DNA of 64,000 bases. It comes from an uncultured Chloroflexia bacterium (GTDB lineage Bacteria > Chloroflexota > Limnocylindria > Limnocylindrales > CSP1-4). The position numbers and the translations under genes are program-made. Below the pieces are notes generated by a model that had not been told where the DNA came from, did no database searches, and saw nothing but the letters and a program-made list of their open reading frames with translations. Shown piece by piece: positions 34,106 through 43,149 of the stretch (position 1 is the stretch's first letter; every line of letters begins with the position of its first letter). The stretch is from positions 352,001 to 416,000 of the forward strand of contig CAVVYR010000008.1 in the NCBI GenBank assembly GCA_963752475.1. The letters run 5' to 3'.

Positions 34106-35015
34106 GGGGCCGTACCAGCTCGGCCACGCGCGGGCTGCCAGAGAGGTCCTCGCGGATGACACAGGACCAGGCGGGGAGGGCCTCTGCGGCGGCCGCGGTC
34201 AGGGCCTCTCCCTGGTCGCCGCCGATCTCGAGCAGGATGGTGCCGCCTGGCGCCACGACCTCCGGCGCGCGCGGCAGCAGCCGACGGACGACATCCAGAC
34301 CGTCGGGTCCGCCGTCGAGCGCGCCGACCGGTTCGAAGCTGGCGGCCACGGGCAGGTCCGGCACCATCGCGGCGGGGATGTAGGGCAGGTTCGCGAGCAG
34401 CAGGTCCACGGGCCGCGAAGGCGCCGGCGCCACTTCGACGAGGTCGCCCTCAGCGAAGGTGAAGAGGTGCGCCAGGCCATGGGCCACGACGTTGAGCGTA
34501 GCCACGTCGCGGGCGTCGCCGGAGATGTCACTGACGAAGAAGCGCACAGCGTCACCATAGCGTCGGTGGCGAAGCTCGACGGCGATGGCCACAGGGATGG
34601 CGCCGGAGCCGGTGCCGATGTCCCATACGAGATAGGACTCGTCCGGCTCACGGGAACCGCCGGTAAGGGCATCGGTGATGCGCGCCAGAGCCAGCTCCAC
34701 GAGCGTCTCGGTCTCGGGGCGCGGGATGAGCACGCGAGCATCGACCGAGATGGCCGAGCCGTAGAACTCCTTGATGCCCCGGATGTAGGCCACCGGCTCA
34801 CCGGCCTCGCGGCGCCTGACGTAGGCCTCGTAGGTCTCCTGCTGCCCGGAGCTGAGGACGGCTTCTGGGTGGGCCATGAGGCCGCTGCGGTCGATGCCGA
34901 GCGTATGTGCCAGCAGCACCTCAGCGTCGAGGCGCGGGGTTTCGGAGCCGGCCGCCCGCAGGCGTTCGGTGGCAGCGGCGAGGAGCTCGTTGACGCGTTG
35001 CCGGCCAAGGTCCAT
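34098..35015 (-). CDS. prmC: Release factor glutamine methyltransferase
   Basis: GEPVAYI, VLIPRPETE, DIGTGSG and ANLPY. Confidence 0.95.
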   Translation of the reverse strand: MDLGRQRVNELLAAATERLRAAGSETPRLDAEVLLAHTLGIDRSGLMAHPEAVLSSGQQETYEAYVRRREAGEPVAYIRGIKEFYGSAISVDARVLIPRPETETLVELALARITDALTGGSREPDESYLVWDIGTGSGAIPVAIAVELRHRRYGDAVRFFVSDISGDARDVATLNVVAHGLAHLFTFAEGDLVEVAPAPSRPVDLLLANLPYIPAAMVPDLPVAASFEPVGALDGGPDGLDVVRRLLPRAPEVVAPGGTILLEIGGDQGEALTAAAAEALPAWSCVIREDLSGSPRVAELVRPRG

Positions 35016-35031
35016 CGGCCGAGCCTCCGTG

Positions 35032-36129
35032 CTAGCTGACGCTGCCCGACCCCGACTCCATCGAGGCCAGGCGTTCGGCCTGGTCGGCGGTGGTGAGGGC
35101 ATCGATGATCTTGTCGATCTCGCCATCGAGCACGGCCGGCATGCCGTGGGTATCGAGGCCGATGCGGTGATCGGTGATGCGGTCCTGGGGGAAGTTGTAG
35201 GTGCGGATCTTCTCGGCGCGCTCGCCACTACCGACCATCGAGCGACGCGCCTCTGCCTCTTCCTCGGCAGCCTTTCGCTGCTCCTGCTCGAGCAGACGCG
35301 CACGCAGCACGGACATGGCTTTGGCCTTGTTCTTGTGCTGGCTCTTCTCGTCCTGGATCTCGACCACCAGGCCGGTGGGCAGGTGGGTGATACGTACCGC
35401 TGAATCCGTGGTGTTGACCGACTGGCCACCAGGCCCCGAAGCGCGCTTGACGTCGATGCGCAGGTCCCGGGCCTCGTCGATCTGGACGTCGACCTCGTCG
35501 GCCTTGGGCAGCACAGCCACGGTGGCGGTGGAGGTGTGGATGCGGCCGCTGGACTCCGTCTCCGGTACTCGCTGCACGCGGTGCACACCACCCTCGTACT
35601 TGAGTCGACTCCAGGCGCCCTCACCGCTGATCTCGAAGATGACCTCGCGCAGGCCCTTCACACCCGACTCGTTCGCGGAGAGCGTCTCGGTCTTCCAGCG
35701 CCGGCGCTCGGCGTAGCGGGCGTACATGCGGAAGAGGTCGGCCGCGAAGATGGCTGCCTCCTCACCGCCGGTGCCCCCACGGATCTCGATGATCACATCG
35801 CGGTCGTCGTTAGGGTCCTTGGGCAGCAGCTGGATGCGCAGCTCCTCGTTGAGGCGCGTCACCTCGGCCTCGTTCTCGGCGATGAGCTCCTTGGCCAGCT
35901 CCTTGAGCTCCGGATCGGATTCCGTGTGCAGCTCGTGCCGCGCCGACTCGAGGCCCGCGCGAGCCCCCTTGAGGGCGCGGTAGTTGTGGACGATGGGGCT
36001 GATCCATCGTTGCTCACGTCCGAGCTTCTTGCTCAGCCCTGAGTCAGCGGCGGTCTCCGGCTTGGACCACTCGGCTTCGATCTGCGTCAGGCGTCGCTCC
36101 AGCTCGTCGAGCCGGGCATCGAGGCTCAT
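35032..36129 (-). CDS. prfA: Peptide chain release factor 1
   Basis: VPET anticodon motif, GGQ and RTYNFPQ. Confidence 0.98.
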   Translation of the reverse strand: MSLDARLDELERRLTQIEAEWSKPETAADSGLSKKLGREQRWISPIVHNYRALKGARAGLESARHELHTESDPELKELAKELIAENEAEVTRLNEELRIQLLPKDPNDDRDVIIEIRGGTGGEEAAIFAADLFRMYARYAERRRWKTETLSANESGVKGLREVIFEISGEGAWSRLKYEGGVHRVQRVPETESSGRIHTSTATVAVLPKADEVDVQIDEARDLRIDVKRASGPGGQSVNTTDSAVRITHLPTGLVVEIQDEKSQHKNKAKAMSVLRARLLEQEQRKAAEEEAEARRSMVGSGERAEKIRTYNFPQDRITDHRIGLDTHGMPAVLDGEIDKIIDALTTADQAERLASMESGSGSVS

Positions 36130-37355
36130 GCGCCCTCCGAGGCGCCTCCGGCCCGAGGTGCGGGGCGGTCGGTACCCTCGACGGGGTCGGGCGGGCTGGG
36201 GTCGTCCGTGGCTTCTGCCGCAGACGTGGACGCCTCGGCCGCTGTGGTCGGTTCGGTGGCCTCGGTCGGCGTGGCCTCACCTTCGGCCGTGGCCTTCTCG
36301 GCGGCCTCCTCGGCCTCGAGGCGGGCCTCCATCTCCTTGGCCAGTTCGTCGGCATCGGGGATGGGCTCGCGCTCGGGATCGAGGCTGCCCTCAGGGGCGG
36401 TCTCCCCGTTGGCGGCGAGGCCCTCCTGCATGGCGCTGATGGCGATCTCGATCATGTCGTCCGTGGGCTGCTTGGTGGTGATCTTCTGGACCCAGATGCC
36501 CGGCAGGAAGAGGTAGCGCCAGAGGCCGCTCTCACGCCTGGCGGCGCCGAACTTGAGCACCTCGTAGGCCACGGCCGCGATGACCGGCACCAGCAGCACG
36601 CGCCCAAGGATGGCGATCCACAGCTCCTGTCCTGCCAGCAGGCTGAAGAGCAGGATGCTGACGATGATGAAGATGACCAGGAACTCCGTGCCGCAGCGCG
36701 GATGGGCCGTGGGGTAGTCACGGATGTTCTCGATGGTCAGCGGCCGCTCAGCCTCCAGCGTGTGGATGGTCATGTGCTCCGCACCGTGGTACTGGAACAC
36801 ACGGCCGATCTCGGAGGAACGGCTGACGACCCAGAGGTAGCCGATGAAGAGGGCGACGCGAACGAGACCTTCGAGGATGTGGACGACGAAGAGGCCGAAG
36901 CCGCTATCGACCTCGCCGAAGAGCAGCGTCGTGCCGCCCTGGGCCACGAGCAGCGGCATGAGCACGAAGAGGCCCACCGCGAGGACGATGGTGAAGAGCA
37001 TCGTCAGGGCGATGGCACCACCACCGAAGGCCACTCCCTCGCCAGCCGCGGCCAGCGAGCCGGAGCGCATCAGCCATTTGGTGCCGATGACGAGCGTCTC
37101 ATAGAGCACCACGATGCCGCGGAACAGCGGCGTCCGTGCGAAGCGGTTGCGGTGCAGGATGCTGTCGAGCTTCTCCTGACCGGCGAAGATCTGACCGTCA
37201 GGACCACGCACAGCGACGCCGATGGCGTCCTTGCCACGCATGTAGATGCCCTCCATGAGGGCCTGCCCGCCATAGGCGAAGCGTTTGGCCTGGGGCGTGC
37301 CAGGATCACCGCTCAGCGGGGCGGCTGTCCCCTGCCCTGACGGCGACTGCGTCAC
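36126..37355 (-). CDS. DUF1385 membrane protein
   Basis: [16 protein letters not shown] and HPRCGT. Confidence 0.9.
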   Translation of the reverse strand: MTQSPSGQGTAAPLSGDPGTPQAKRFAYGGQALMEGIYMRGKDAIGVAVRGPDGQIFAGQEKLDSILHRNRFARTPLFRGIVVLYETLVIGTKWLMRSGSLAAAGEGVAFGGGAIALTMLFTIVLAVGLFVLMPLLVAQGGTTLLFGEVDSGFGLFVVHILEGLVRVALFIGYLWVVSRSSEIGRVFQYHGAEHMTIHTLEAERPLTIENIRDYPTAHPRCGTEFLVIFIIVSILLFSLLAGQELWIAILGRVLLVPVIAAVAYEVLKFGAARRESGLWRYLFLPGIWVQKITTKQPTDDMIEIAISAMQEGLAANGETAPEGSLDPEREPIPDADELAKEMEARLEAEEAAEKATAEGEATPTEATEPTTAAEASTSAAEATDDPSPPDPVEGTDRPAPRAGGASEGA

Positions 37356-37368
37356 GGTCTAGGCGTGC

Positions 37369-37581
37369 TTAGAGCTTCGCAGAGCGCTCGAGGCGCTTCT
37401 GGAACCGTTCGACCTGGCCGGCGGTGTCGACGATGGTCTGCTTGCCCGTGTAGAACGGGTGGCAGTTGGAGCAGATATCCACGCGCAGCTCCTCGTGCGT
37501 GGAACCGATGGTGAACTCGGTGCTGCAGGAGGCGCAGTGCACCTGTGCCTGGTAGTACTTGGGATGCGTATCGGGCTTCAT
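37369..37581 (-). CDS. rpmE: 50S ribosomal protein L31 (Zn-binding form)
   Basis: HPKY..CASC..DICSNCHPFYTGKQ. Confidence 0.97.
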   Translation of the reverse strand: MKPDTHPKYYQAQVHCASCSTEFTIGSTHEELRVDICSNCHPFYTGKQTIVDTAGQVERFQKRLERSAKL

Positions 37582-37595
37582 GACGTTCCTTGTGG

Positions 37596-37862
37596 TCAGC
37601 TGGCGGCGGCTTCCGCCTCGACGCGCACGCGCTTCTTGTCCTTGCGAGCGTGCTCGAAGACGACTCTGCCGTCGACCGTGGCGAAGACGGTGTAGTCCTT
37701 ACCCAGGCCCGTGCCCGGGCCGGAGAGGAAGGTCATGCCGCGCTGGCGAACGATGATCGAACCGGCGCTGACGAGCTCGCCGTCACCGGCCTTCACGCCG
37801 AGGCGCTTGCCGACGCTGTCGCGGCCGTTCTTGGAGCTGGAACCAGCCTTCTTGTGAGCCAT
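37596..37862 (-). CDS. rpmA: 50S ribosomal protein L27
   Basis: [16 protein letters not shown] and RQRG. Confidence 0.97.
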   Translation of the reverse strand: MAHKKAGSSSKNGRDSVGKRLGVKAGDGELVSAGSIIVRQRGMTFLSGPGTGLGKDYTVFATVDGRVVFEHARKDKKRVRVEAEAAAS

Positions 37863-37865
37863 GGC

Positions 37866-38492
37866 TTACTCGTCCTTCTCGGTAGCGGCATCGCTCTCAG
37901 CCTCTGCCTCGGGCGCGGGCTCCGCATCCTCTGCGGCGGCCTCTGCCTCCGGCGCCGGCTCCTCGGCGGCCTTCTTGGCGGTCGACTTCTTGGCCTTGGG
38001 CTTGGCCTCAGCGGCCGGTGCTTCCTCGGCGGCGGCCAACTTGGCAGCCAGCTCCGCGTCGGCGGCGGCCTTCTCCTCGGCCTGCTTGGCCGCGGCCTGC
38101 TTGGCGGCCTTCTCGGCCTCCTTGGCCTTCTTGGCCTCGGCCTTCTGCTGCTTCTCGGCATCCTTGGCGGCGCTCTTGTCACCGAAGGCGATGTCGGTGA
38201 TGCGCAGGGTGGTCAGCTGGGCGCGGAACCCGTTCTTCACGCGCGTGCGGGCCTTGGGCTTGTACTTGAAGACGATGATCTTCTTGCCGCGATCCTGGCC
38301 AAGGACTTCGGCCGAGACCTTGGCGCCGTCGACGACCGGCTGGCCGATGGCGGCATCGTCGCCGTCCGCGACCAAGAGGACGCGATCGAGCGTGATGGAG
38401 TCGCCGGGCTGGACATCCAGGCGATCGACCTGGATCTCCGAGCCGAGCTCGACGCGGTGCTGCTTGCCGCCTGATTCGATGACTGCGTACAT
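37866..38492 (-). CDS. rplU: 50S ribosomal protein L21 with a long Ala/Lys/Glu C-terminal tail
   Basis: MYAVIESGGKQHRV and KIIVFKYKPK; upstream of rpmA. Confidence 0.95.
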   Translation of the reverse strand: MYAVIESGGKQHRVELGSEIQVDRLDVQPGDSITLDRVLLVADGDDAAIGQPVVDGAKVSAEVLGQDRGKKIIVFKYKPKARTRVKNGFRAQLTTLRITDIAFGDKSAAKDAEKQQKAEAKKAKEAEKAAKQAAAKQAEEKAAADAELAAKLAAAEEAPAAEAKPKAKKSTAKKAAEEPAPEAEAAAEDAEPAPEAEAESDAATEKDE

Positions 38493-38596
38493 GGGGTTCC
38501 CGTTGCGAGGTCGGTTCGTGATGGTCTGACTGGGTCTGGGTGCGCTGGCGAGTCGCAGGCGAACACGGCGCGACAAACACTCGGGCGCGAAAGGGG

Positions 38597-38626
38597 ATGG
38601 TAGCGGGATTCGAGATATCTCGTCAA
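38597..38626 (-). promoter_or_regulatory. Sigma70-type promoter of the rplU operon, TTGACG-18-TACCAT
   Basis: -35 at 38626-38621, -10 at 38602-38597; palindrome CGAGATATCTCG at 38611-38622. Confidence 0.75.
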
Positions 38627-38643
38627 TCGTGGCTCGAGGAGCG

Positions 38644-40061
38644 GTAAGCATCCAAACGTCTGTGCTGGTCGAGCCCATACGAGGTGAGCCCCATCCGTAG
38701 GCTGGAGGTATCAGTCAACCAGCAGACGAAGGGGCTCACCGTGGAGTCTATCGCCATCCCGCTCTCGCTCACCCTGGAACTCCAGCCCGAGGGTGCCGAC
38801 ATCGGTTCGCTCGAGCGGGCCGTGAGTGCCGGCCTGGCCGACGTGGCCCGACAGCTGTGGGCGGAGCTCATCAGCAGGCTCGAGCGATCGCTCGTGGTGG
38901 GCCGGGGACACGTCGGCTGCGGCGGCATCGTGAAGGCCAACGGTCGCGCAGCACGGCGCATCGTGACCCTCGCGGGCGAGGTCGGCCTCTCCCGTCGGCG
39001 CTATCGCTGTGGCGCCTGTGGCACCGAGATCGTGCCGCTCGACGAGCTCCTCGGTCTCGCGCCCCGGGCCCAGCACACCCTGGGCGTCCGTGAGCGGGCC
39101 CTCTGGCTCGTGACCGAGCTGTCCTATGCCAAGGCCGCCCGCACGCTCGACGAGCTGCGCGCCATCGGGGTCAGCCACGGCCAGGTCCATGGCTGGGTGC
39201 AGGAGGAGGGCGCCCGCATCGAGGCCGGCGTGGCCGCCCGCACCGAGGCGCTGCTCGGGGCCCATCCCGAGCGCACCAGCAGCGGAGCGATGCCGGGCGA
39301 TGTCTGGGTCAGTGCCGACGGCACGATGGTCAACGACCGACACAGCGGCACCCACATGGAGGTGAAGCTCGGGCTCGTGTTCACGGGCACCGAGCGGACG
39401 GGCAAGGACCGGCACCGGCTGCTCGACCGGCACCTCGTGGGGGCGACCGGGTCCTGGACGACGTTCGCCGAGCGCTTCACCGCGGCCTGTGCCGCGATGG
39501 GCGTGTACGAGGCGGAACGCATCCTCTTCGTCTCCGATGGGGCCGCCGCCATCAGGTGGATCCGCGAGCGCAGCTTCCCCGAGGCCATCGAGTTGCTCGA
39601 CTGGTACCACCTCACCGAACAGCTGCGCTTCGGGATCGGCCGGCAGCACGAGGCCGTCCTCTCCACCGCGCTCGGTGCCGCGGGGCCCGGGGATGTCGAG
39701 GCGCTCCTGGCCATCCTGCGCAGTCACGCTCGCGCGCTCGAGGTCGATGATCCCGAGCAGGCGCTCCGCTGTCGGGGTGTCATCGGCTATGTCACCAACA
39801 ACCGGCGCGGCATCGCCAACTACCGCATCGTGCCCCTGGCCAGCTCGGGGCCGATGGAGAAGGGCGTCGACATCACCATCTGCCGACGCTTCAAGACCCG
39901 CGGCATGAGCTGGTTCCGTCGTGGCGTGAGCCATCTGCTCCATCTCAAGCTGCTGCGCCTCAACGGCACCTGGGGTCGCTACTGGGCCGAGCGGCTCTCC
40001 GCGGCGCTCCGTCCCTGGCCGAGCACGGCGTGAGTGTCAGCACAGGAACTTAGATGCTTCC
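38644..40061 (+). mobile_element. Insertion sequence, ISLre2-like (Mutator/p-MULT DDE), 1418 bp
   Basis: Imperfect 24-bp inverted repeats GTAAGCATCCAAACGTCTGTGCTG / GGAAGCATCTAAGTTCCTGTGCTG; 9-bp target duplication CGAGGAGCG at 38635-38643 and 40062-40070. Confidence 0.9.
38741..40033 (+). CDS. DDE transposase (ISLre2/ISKra4-like, UPF0236)
   Basis: SADGT, SDGA..IR, LDWYH and SGPMEK catalytic pattern; N-terminal Cys cluster; alternative start at 38684. Confidence 0.88.
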   Translation: MESIAIPLSLTLELQPEGADIGSLERAVSAGLADVARQLWAELISRLERSLVVGRGHVGCGGIVKANGRAARRIVTLAGEVGLSRRRYRCGACGTEIVPLDELLGLAPRAQHTLGVRERALWLVTELSYAKAARTLDELRAIGVSHGQVHGWVQEEGARIEAGVAARTEALLGAHPERTSSGAMPGDVWVSADGTMVNDRHSGTHMEVKLGLVFTGTERTGKDRHRLLDRHLVGATGSWTTFAERFTAACAAMGVYEAERILFVSDGAAAIRWIRERSFPEAIELLDWYHLTEQLRFGIGRQHEAVLSTALGAAGPGDVEALLAILRSHARALEVDDPEQALRCRGVIGYVTNNRRGIANYRIVPLASSGPMEKGVDITICRRFKTRGMSWFRRGVSHLLHLKLLRLNGTWGRYWAERLSAALRPWPSTA

Positions 40062-40103
40062 CGAGGAGCGGTGGAGTGGACGGTCAAGTATCGTCAGGGG
40101 CAC

Positions 40104-40595
40104 ATGGCCCGCACCTTCTACGACGTCCTCTTCATCACGCCTCGCGCCGATCGTGGGCTGATCTCGGTGGTGTACCGGTACCTCGCCAAACGCTACCACC
40201 CCGACCGGGACCCCTCCCCGGCCGCGGCTGCGCGCATGGCCGAGCTGAACGAGGCCTACACCACGCTCAGCGACCCCGAGAAGCGGGCTCGGTACGACGT
40301 TTCAGTGGGCTTGCGGCAGGCGCAGCCCTCGGTGGCACCGTTGGGCGGCGACGGCCGGCCCACGCGCGCTGGTGGCGTCAACACCACGCCGGAGACGGGG
40401 CCCTACGGCGCCGCCGGCCCTCCGCCATCGACGCCGGTGGCCAAGGGGCGAGTGCTGACGTTCGGGCGATACAAGGGCTGGGCCCTCAACCAGGTCGACC
40501 GCTTCGACCCTGGCTACGTCGAGTGGCTCTCGCGGGCCACGATGGGCCGCAACTACAAGGCCGAGCTGGACGAGCTGCTCAAGCGCGTGCCGTAA
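40104..40595 (+). CDS. J-domain protein with a small C-terminal FGRYKG domain
   Basis: FYDVL..YRYLAKRYHPD..LNEAYTTLSDPEKRARYD; C-terminal LTFGRYKGWAL..DPGYVEWL. Confidence 0.85.
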   Translation: MARTFYDVLFITPRADRGLISVVYRYLAKRYHPDRDPSPAAAARMAELNEAYTTLSDPEKRARYDVSVGLRQAQPSVAPLGGDGRPTRAGGVNTTPETGPYGAAGPPPSTPVAKGRVLTFGRYKGWALNQVDRFDPGYVEWLSRATMGRNYKAELDELLKRVP

Positions 40596-40664
40596 CCCCA
40601 GCAGCCGGAACTGAAGAGCCGCGGCTCGAGCGCGTGGGTCTTGGCCGGCCTGCCATGCTGGCCG

Positions 40665-41918
40665 CTAGGCGTTGCTGTCGGCGCCCTCAGGATGCCGCTC
40701 GTCGCGGGGCGCCTTGGGGATGGCCCACTGGAGCATGACCGGCGCCACCAGCGTGGTCAGGATGACCGCGGCCAGCAGCACCGCGTAGATCTCCTGGCTG
40801 ATAAGAGCCAGCGAGAGGCCCAGGGCGCTGACGACGATGCCGACCTCACCACGTGGGCTCATACCGAGGCCGACCACGACCGAGTTCCACTTGCCCAGCT
40901 TCCACGAGCCGACGATACCGCCGATGAGCTTGGTCAGGACGCCCATCACCGCGAGGACGAGGACGATGATCAGCAGGTCCGGCTGCAGCAGCGCACTCAT
41001 GTCGATGTTGGCGCCGGTGACGGCGAAGAAGAACGGGGCGAAGATGCCCAGCAGCGATCTGAAGCCATGCTCGACCTCCTCGCGCACCGGGGTCTCCGCG
41101 ATGAAGAGGCCCACGACGAAAGCGCCGATGATGGCGGCCAAGCCCACGAACTGCGCCAGCAGCGCGCCCGCGAACATGATGATGAAGACGGGCACGACCG
41201 GCGTGTCGGCGAACTTGGGGAAGACGAAGACCTTGCGCGGCAGGCGCCGTCCGAGCGGAGCCAGCGCGAGTCCGATGCCGACGAAAGCGAGGCCGGCGAC
41301 GAGCGTCAGGAAGGTGTCGACGCCGAGGTCGCCCTCGGCCAAACCGGAGAGCACGCCGATGGCCAACAAGGCCAGGATGTCGTCGACGATGGCAGCGCCG
41401 AGGATGACTCTGGCGAAGGCTCTGTCGAGCATGCCCATCTCAGCGAGGACGCGGCTGGTGATGCCGATGCTGGTGGCTGCCAGCGCAAGGCCGATGAGCG
41501 CGGCCGGGAGCACCTCTTCGCCCATGGCCAAGCCGATGACGATGCCGGCGATGATGGGTAGGACGAACCCGATGAAGCCGACCGCGATGGCCATGGGCCC
41601 CACCTTCAGGAGGTCATCGAGGCGGACCTCCAGACCGACGGTGAAGAGCAGGATGATGACGCCGAGTTCGGCGAACACCTCCGCGGTGATGGTGACGTGC
41701 GCCAGTCCCAGCGCGAAGGGACCGACGATGAAGCCGCCGAGCAGCTCACCGATGACACCGGGCTGATTGATGCGCCGGAAGACCTCCTCGCCGATCTTGG
41801 CCGCGAGGAAGAGGATGAAGAGGCTGAACAGTGCGCCCGCGAAATCGGAGCCATGCGAGCCGCCGTCGGAGACGGCGAAAGACAAGGCGGTAGGAAGGTC
41901 GAACGGGAGAGTGGGCAT
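40665..41918 (-). CDS. Cation:proton antiporter (CPA2, NapA-like)
   Basis: AATSIGIT, AAIVDDIL and GMSPRGEVG; about 12 TM. Confidence 0.92.
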   Translation of the reverse strand: MPTLPFDLPTALSFAVSDGGSHGSDFAGALFSLFILFLAAKIGEEVFRRINQPGVIGELLGGFIVGPFALGLAHVTITAEVFAELGVIILLFTVGLEVRLDDLLKVGPMAIAVGFIGFVLPIIAGIVIGLAMGEEVLPAALIGLALAATSIGITSRVLAEMGMLDRAFARVILGAAIVDDILALLAIGVLSGLAEGDLGVDTFLTLVAGLAFVGIGLALAPLGRRLPRKVFVFPKFADTPVVPVFIIMFAGALLAQFVGLAAIIGAFVVGLFIAETPVREEVEHGFRSLLGIFAPFFFAVTGANIDMSALLQPDLLIIVLVLAVMGVLTKLIGGIVGSWKLGKWNSVVVGLGMSPRGEVGIVVSALGLSLALISQEIYAVLLAAVILTTLVAPVMLQWAIPKAPRDERHPEGADSNA

Positions 41919-42000
41919 ATCGATTACAGCCTAGCGGCCGCATCCTCGGTGCGGGTCGGTCACTCTGGCGCTGAATCGGGGGCCATAGGTCCGTGGCCGC

Positions 42001-43149
42001 TCAGGGCTGAGCGGATCCGGACCGGCTCATGGCGAGTGACTCGAGGATGCCCAGGCCAAGAGCGGCGCTGAGCAGCGAGGCGCCGCCGTAGGTCACGAAC
42101 GGCAGCGGCAGTCCGGTGATGGGCATGACGCCGAGGACCATGCCCACGTTGATGATCATCTGGAACAGGAGCATGCCGGCGATACCGCCGGAGAAGGCCA
42201 GCGTGAAGGTATCGCCGGAACGCCAGCCCACGTGCAACACGCGCCAGATGAGCAGCGCGAACAGCACCAGCACGACGGTGCCGCCGAGGAAGCCCAGCTG
42301 CTCCGACACGTGAGCGAAGACGAAGTCGGTCGAGCCCACGGGCAGGTTCTGGCCCGCAAGGCTGTTGGTCAGGCCACGGCCGAAGAGTCCGCCCGACCCG
42401 ACCGTGATCTGCGACTGCTGCAGCTGGTACCCGGCACCGAGCGGGTCCGCCGAGGGGTCGAGGAACGAGACGAGGCGCTGCTTCTGGTAGTCGCGCAGCA
42501 CGAACTGCCAAGCCATCGGGACCATGGCGATGACACCGAGCACCAGCACGATGAGCCAGCGCAGGCTGGCGCCCGAGAAGAAGAGCGCACCCAGCAGGAT
42601 GGCGCCGAGTACGAGCGACGTGCCGAGGTCCGGCTGGATGAGGACGAGGGCCAGCAGCGGCCCCACCACGAGACCAGCACCGAAGAACGTCCTGAAGCTG
42701 CCGATGTCGTGGCGGCGTGTGGCCAGATAGTGCGCCAACACGACCGCGAGCAGGACCTTCACGACCTCGCTGAACTGGAACTGGAGCCCGAAGATGGAAA
42801 CCCAGCGCTGCACGCCACCGGTGCCGCTGCCGACCGCCAGCGTGAGCACCAGCAGGGCGATGCTGAACCCATAGATCGGCCACGCGAACGTGCGAAGCCA
42901 GTGGTGGTCGGCAGCGGCGGTGGCTACGAAGATGATCGCCGCTAGTGCGAGCCAGATGAGGCTGCGCATGAAGATGGAGCCTGGCCGGAAGGGGTCATCG
43001 GCCGAGTTGGTGAAGGCCATGAGCAGACCCACCACCGTCAGTGAGAGCGCGAAGATCGCCAGCGGCAGATCGAAGCCGTACCAGCGCCCCTCCCCTTCCT
43101 TGGCGGTGAGCGTACCGACGCGCGCTGGCTCGAGGCGGACGGTGCTCAT
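42001..43149 (-). CDS. rodA: SEDS peptidoglycan glycosyltransferase RodA
   Basis: QPDLGT, GYQLQQS..VGSGG, TDFVF and LPFVTYGG; adjacent to PBP2. Confidence 0.92.
   Translation of the reverse strand: MSTVRLEPARVGTLTAKEGEGRWYGFDLPLAIFALSLTVVGLLMAFTNSADDPFRPGSIFMRSLIWLALAAIIFVATAAADHHWLRTFAWPIYGFSIALLVLTLAVGSGTGGVQRWVSIFGLQFQFSEVVKVLLAVVLAHYLATRRHDIGSFRTFFGAGLVVGPLLALVLIQPDLGTSLVLGAILLGALFFSGASLRWLIVLVLGVIAMVPMAWQFVLRDYQKQRLVSFLDPSADPLGAGYQLQQSQITVGSGGLFGRGLTNSLAGQNLPVGSTDFVFAHVSEQLGFLGGTVVLVLFALLIWRVLHVGWRSGDTFTLAFSGGIAGMLLFQMIINVGMVLGVMPITGLPLPFVTYGGASLLSAALGLGILESLAMSRSGSAQP

Noticed and set aside
37596-37866. Missing Prp protease gene between rplU and rpmA
   Set aside because: L27 starts directly MAHKK with no N-terminal extension, so no protease is needed
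41980-41993. Another GGGCC-N4-GTCCG box 46 bp upstream of the antiporter -10
   Set aside because: It fits the motif and the hpf-like spacing, but has no functional link and could be a GC-rich chance match, so it was not counted as evidence
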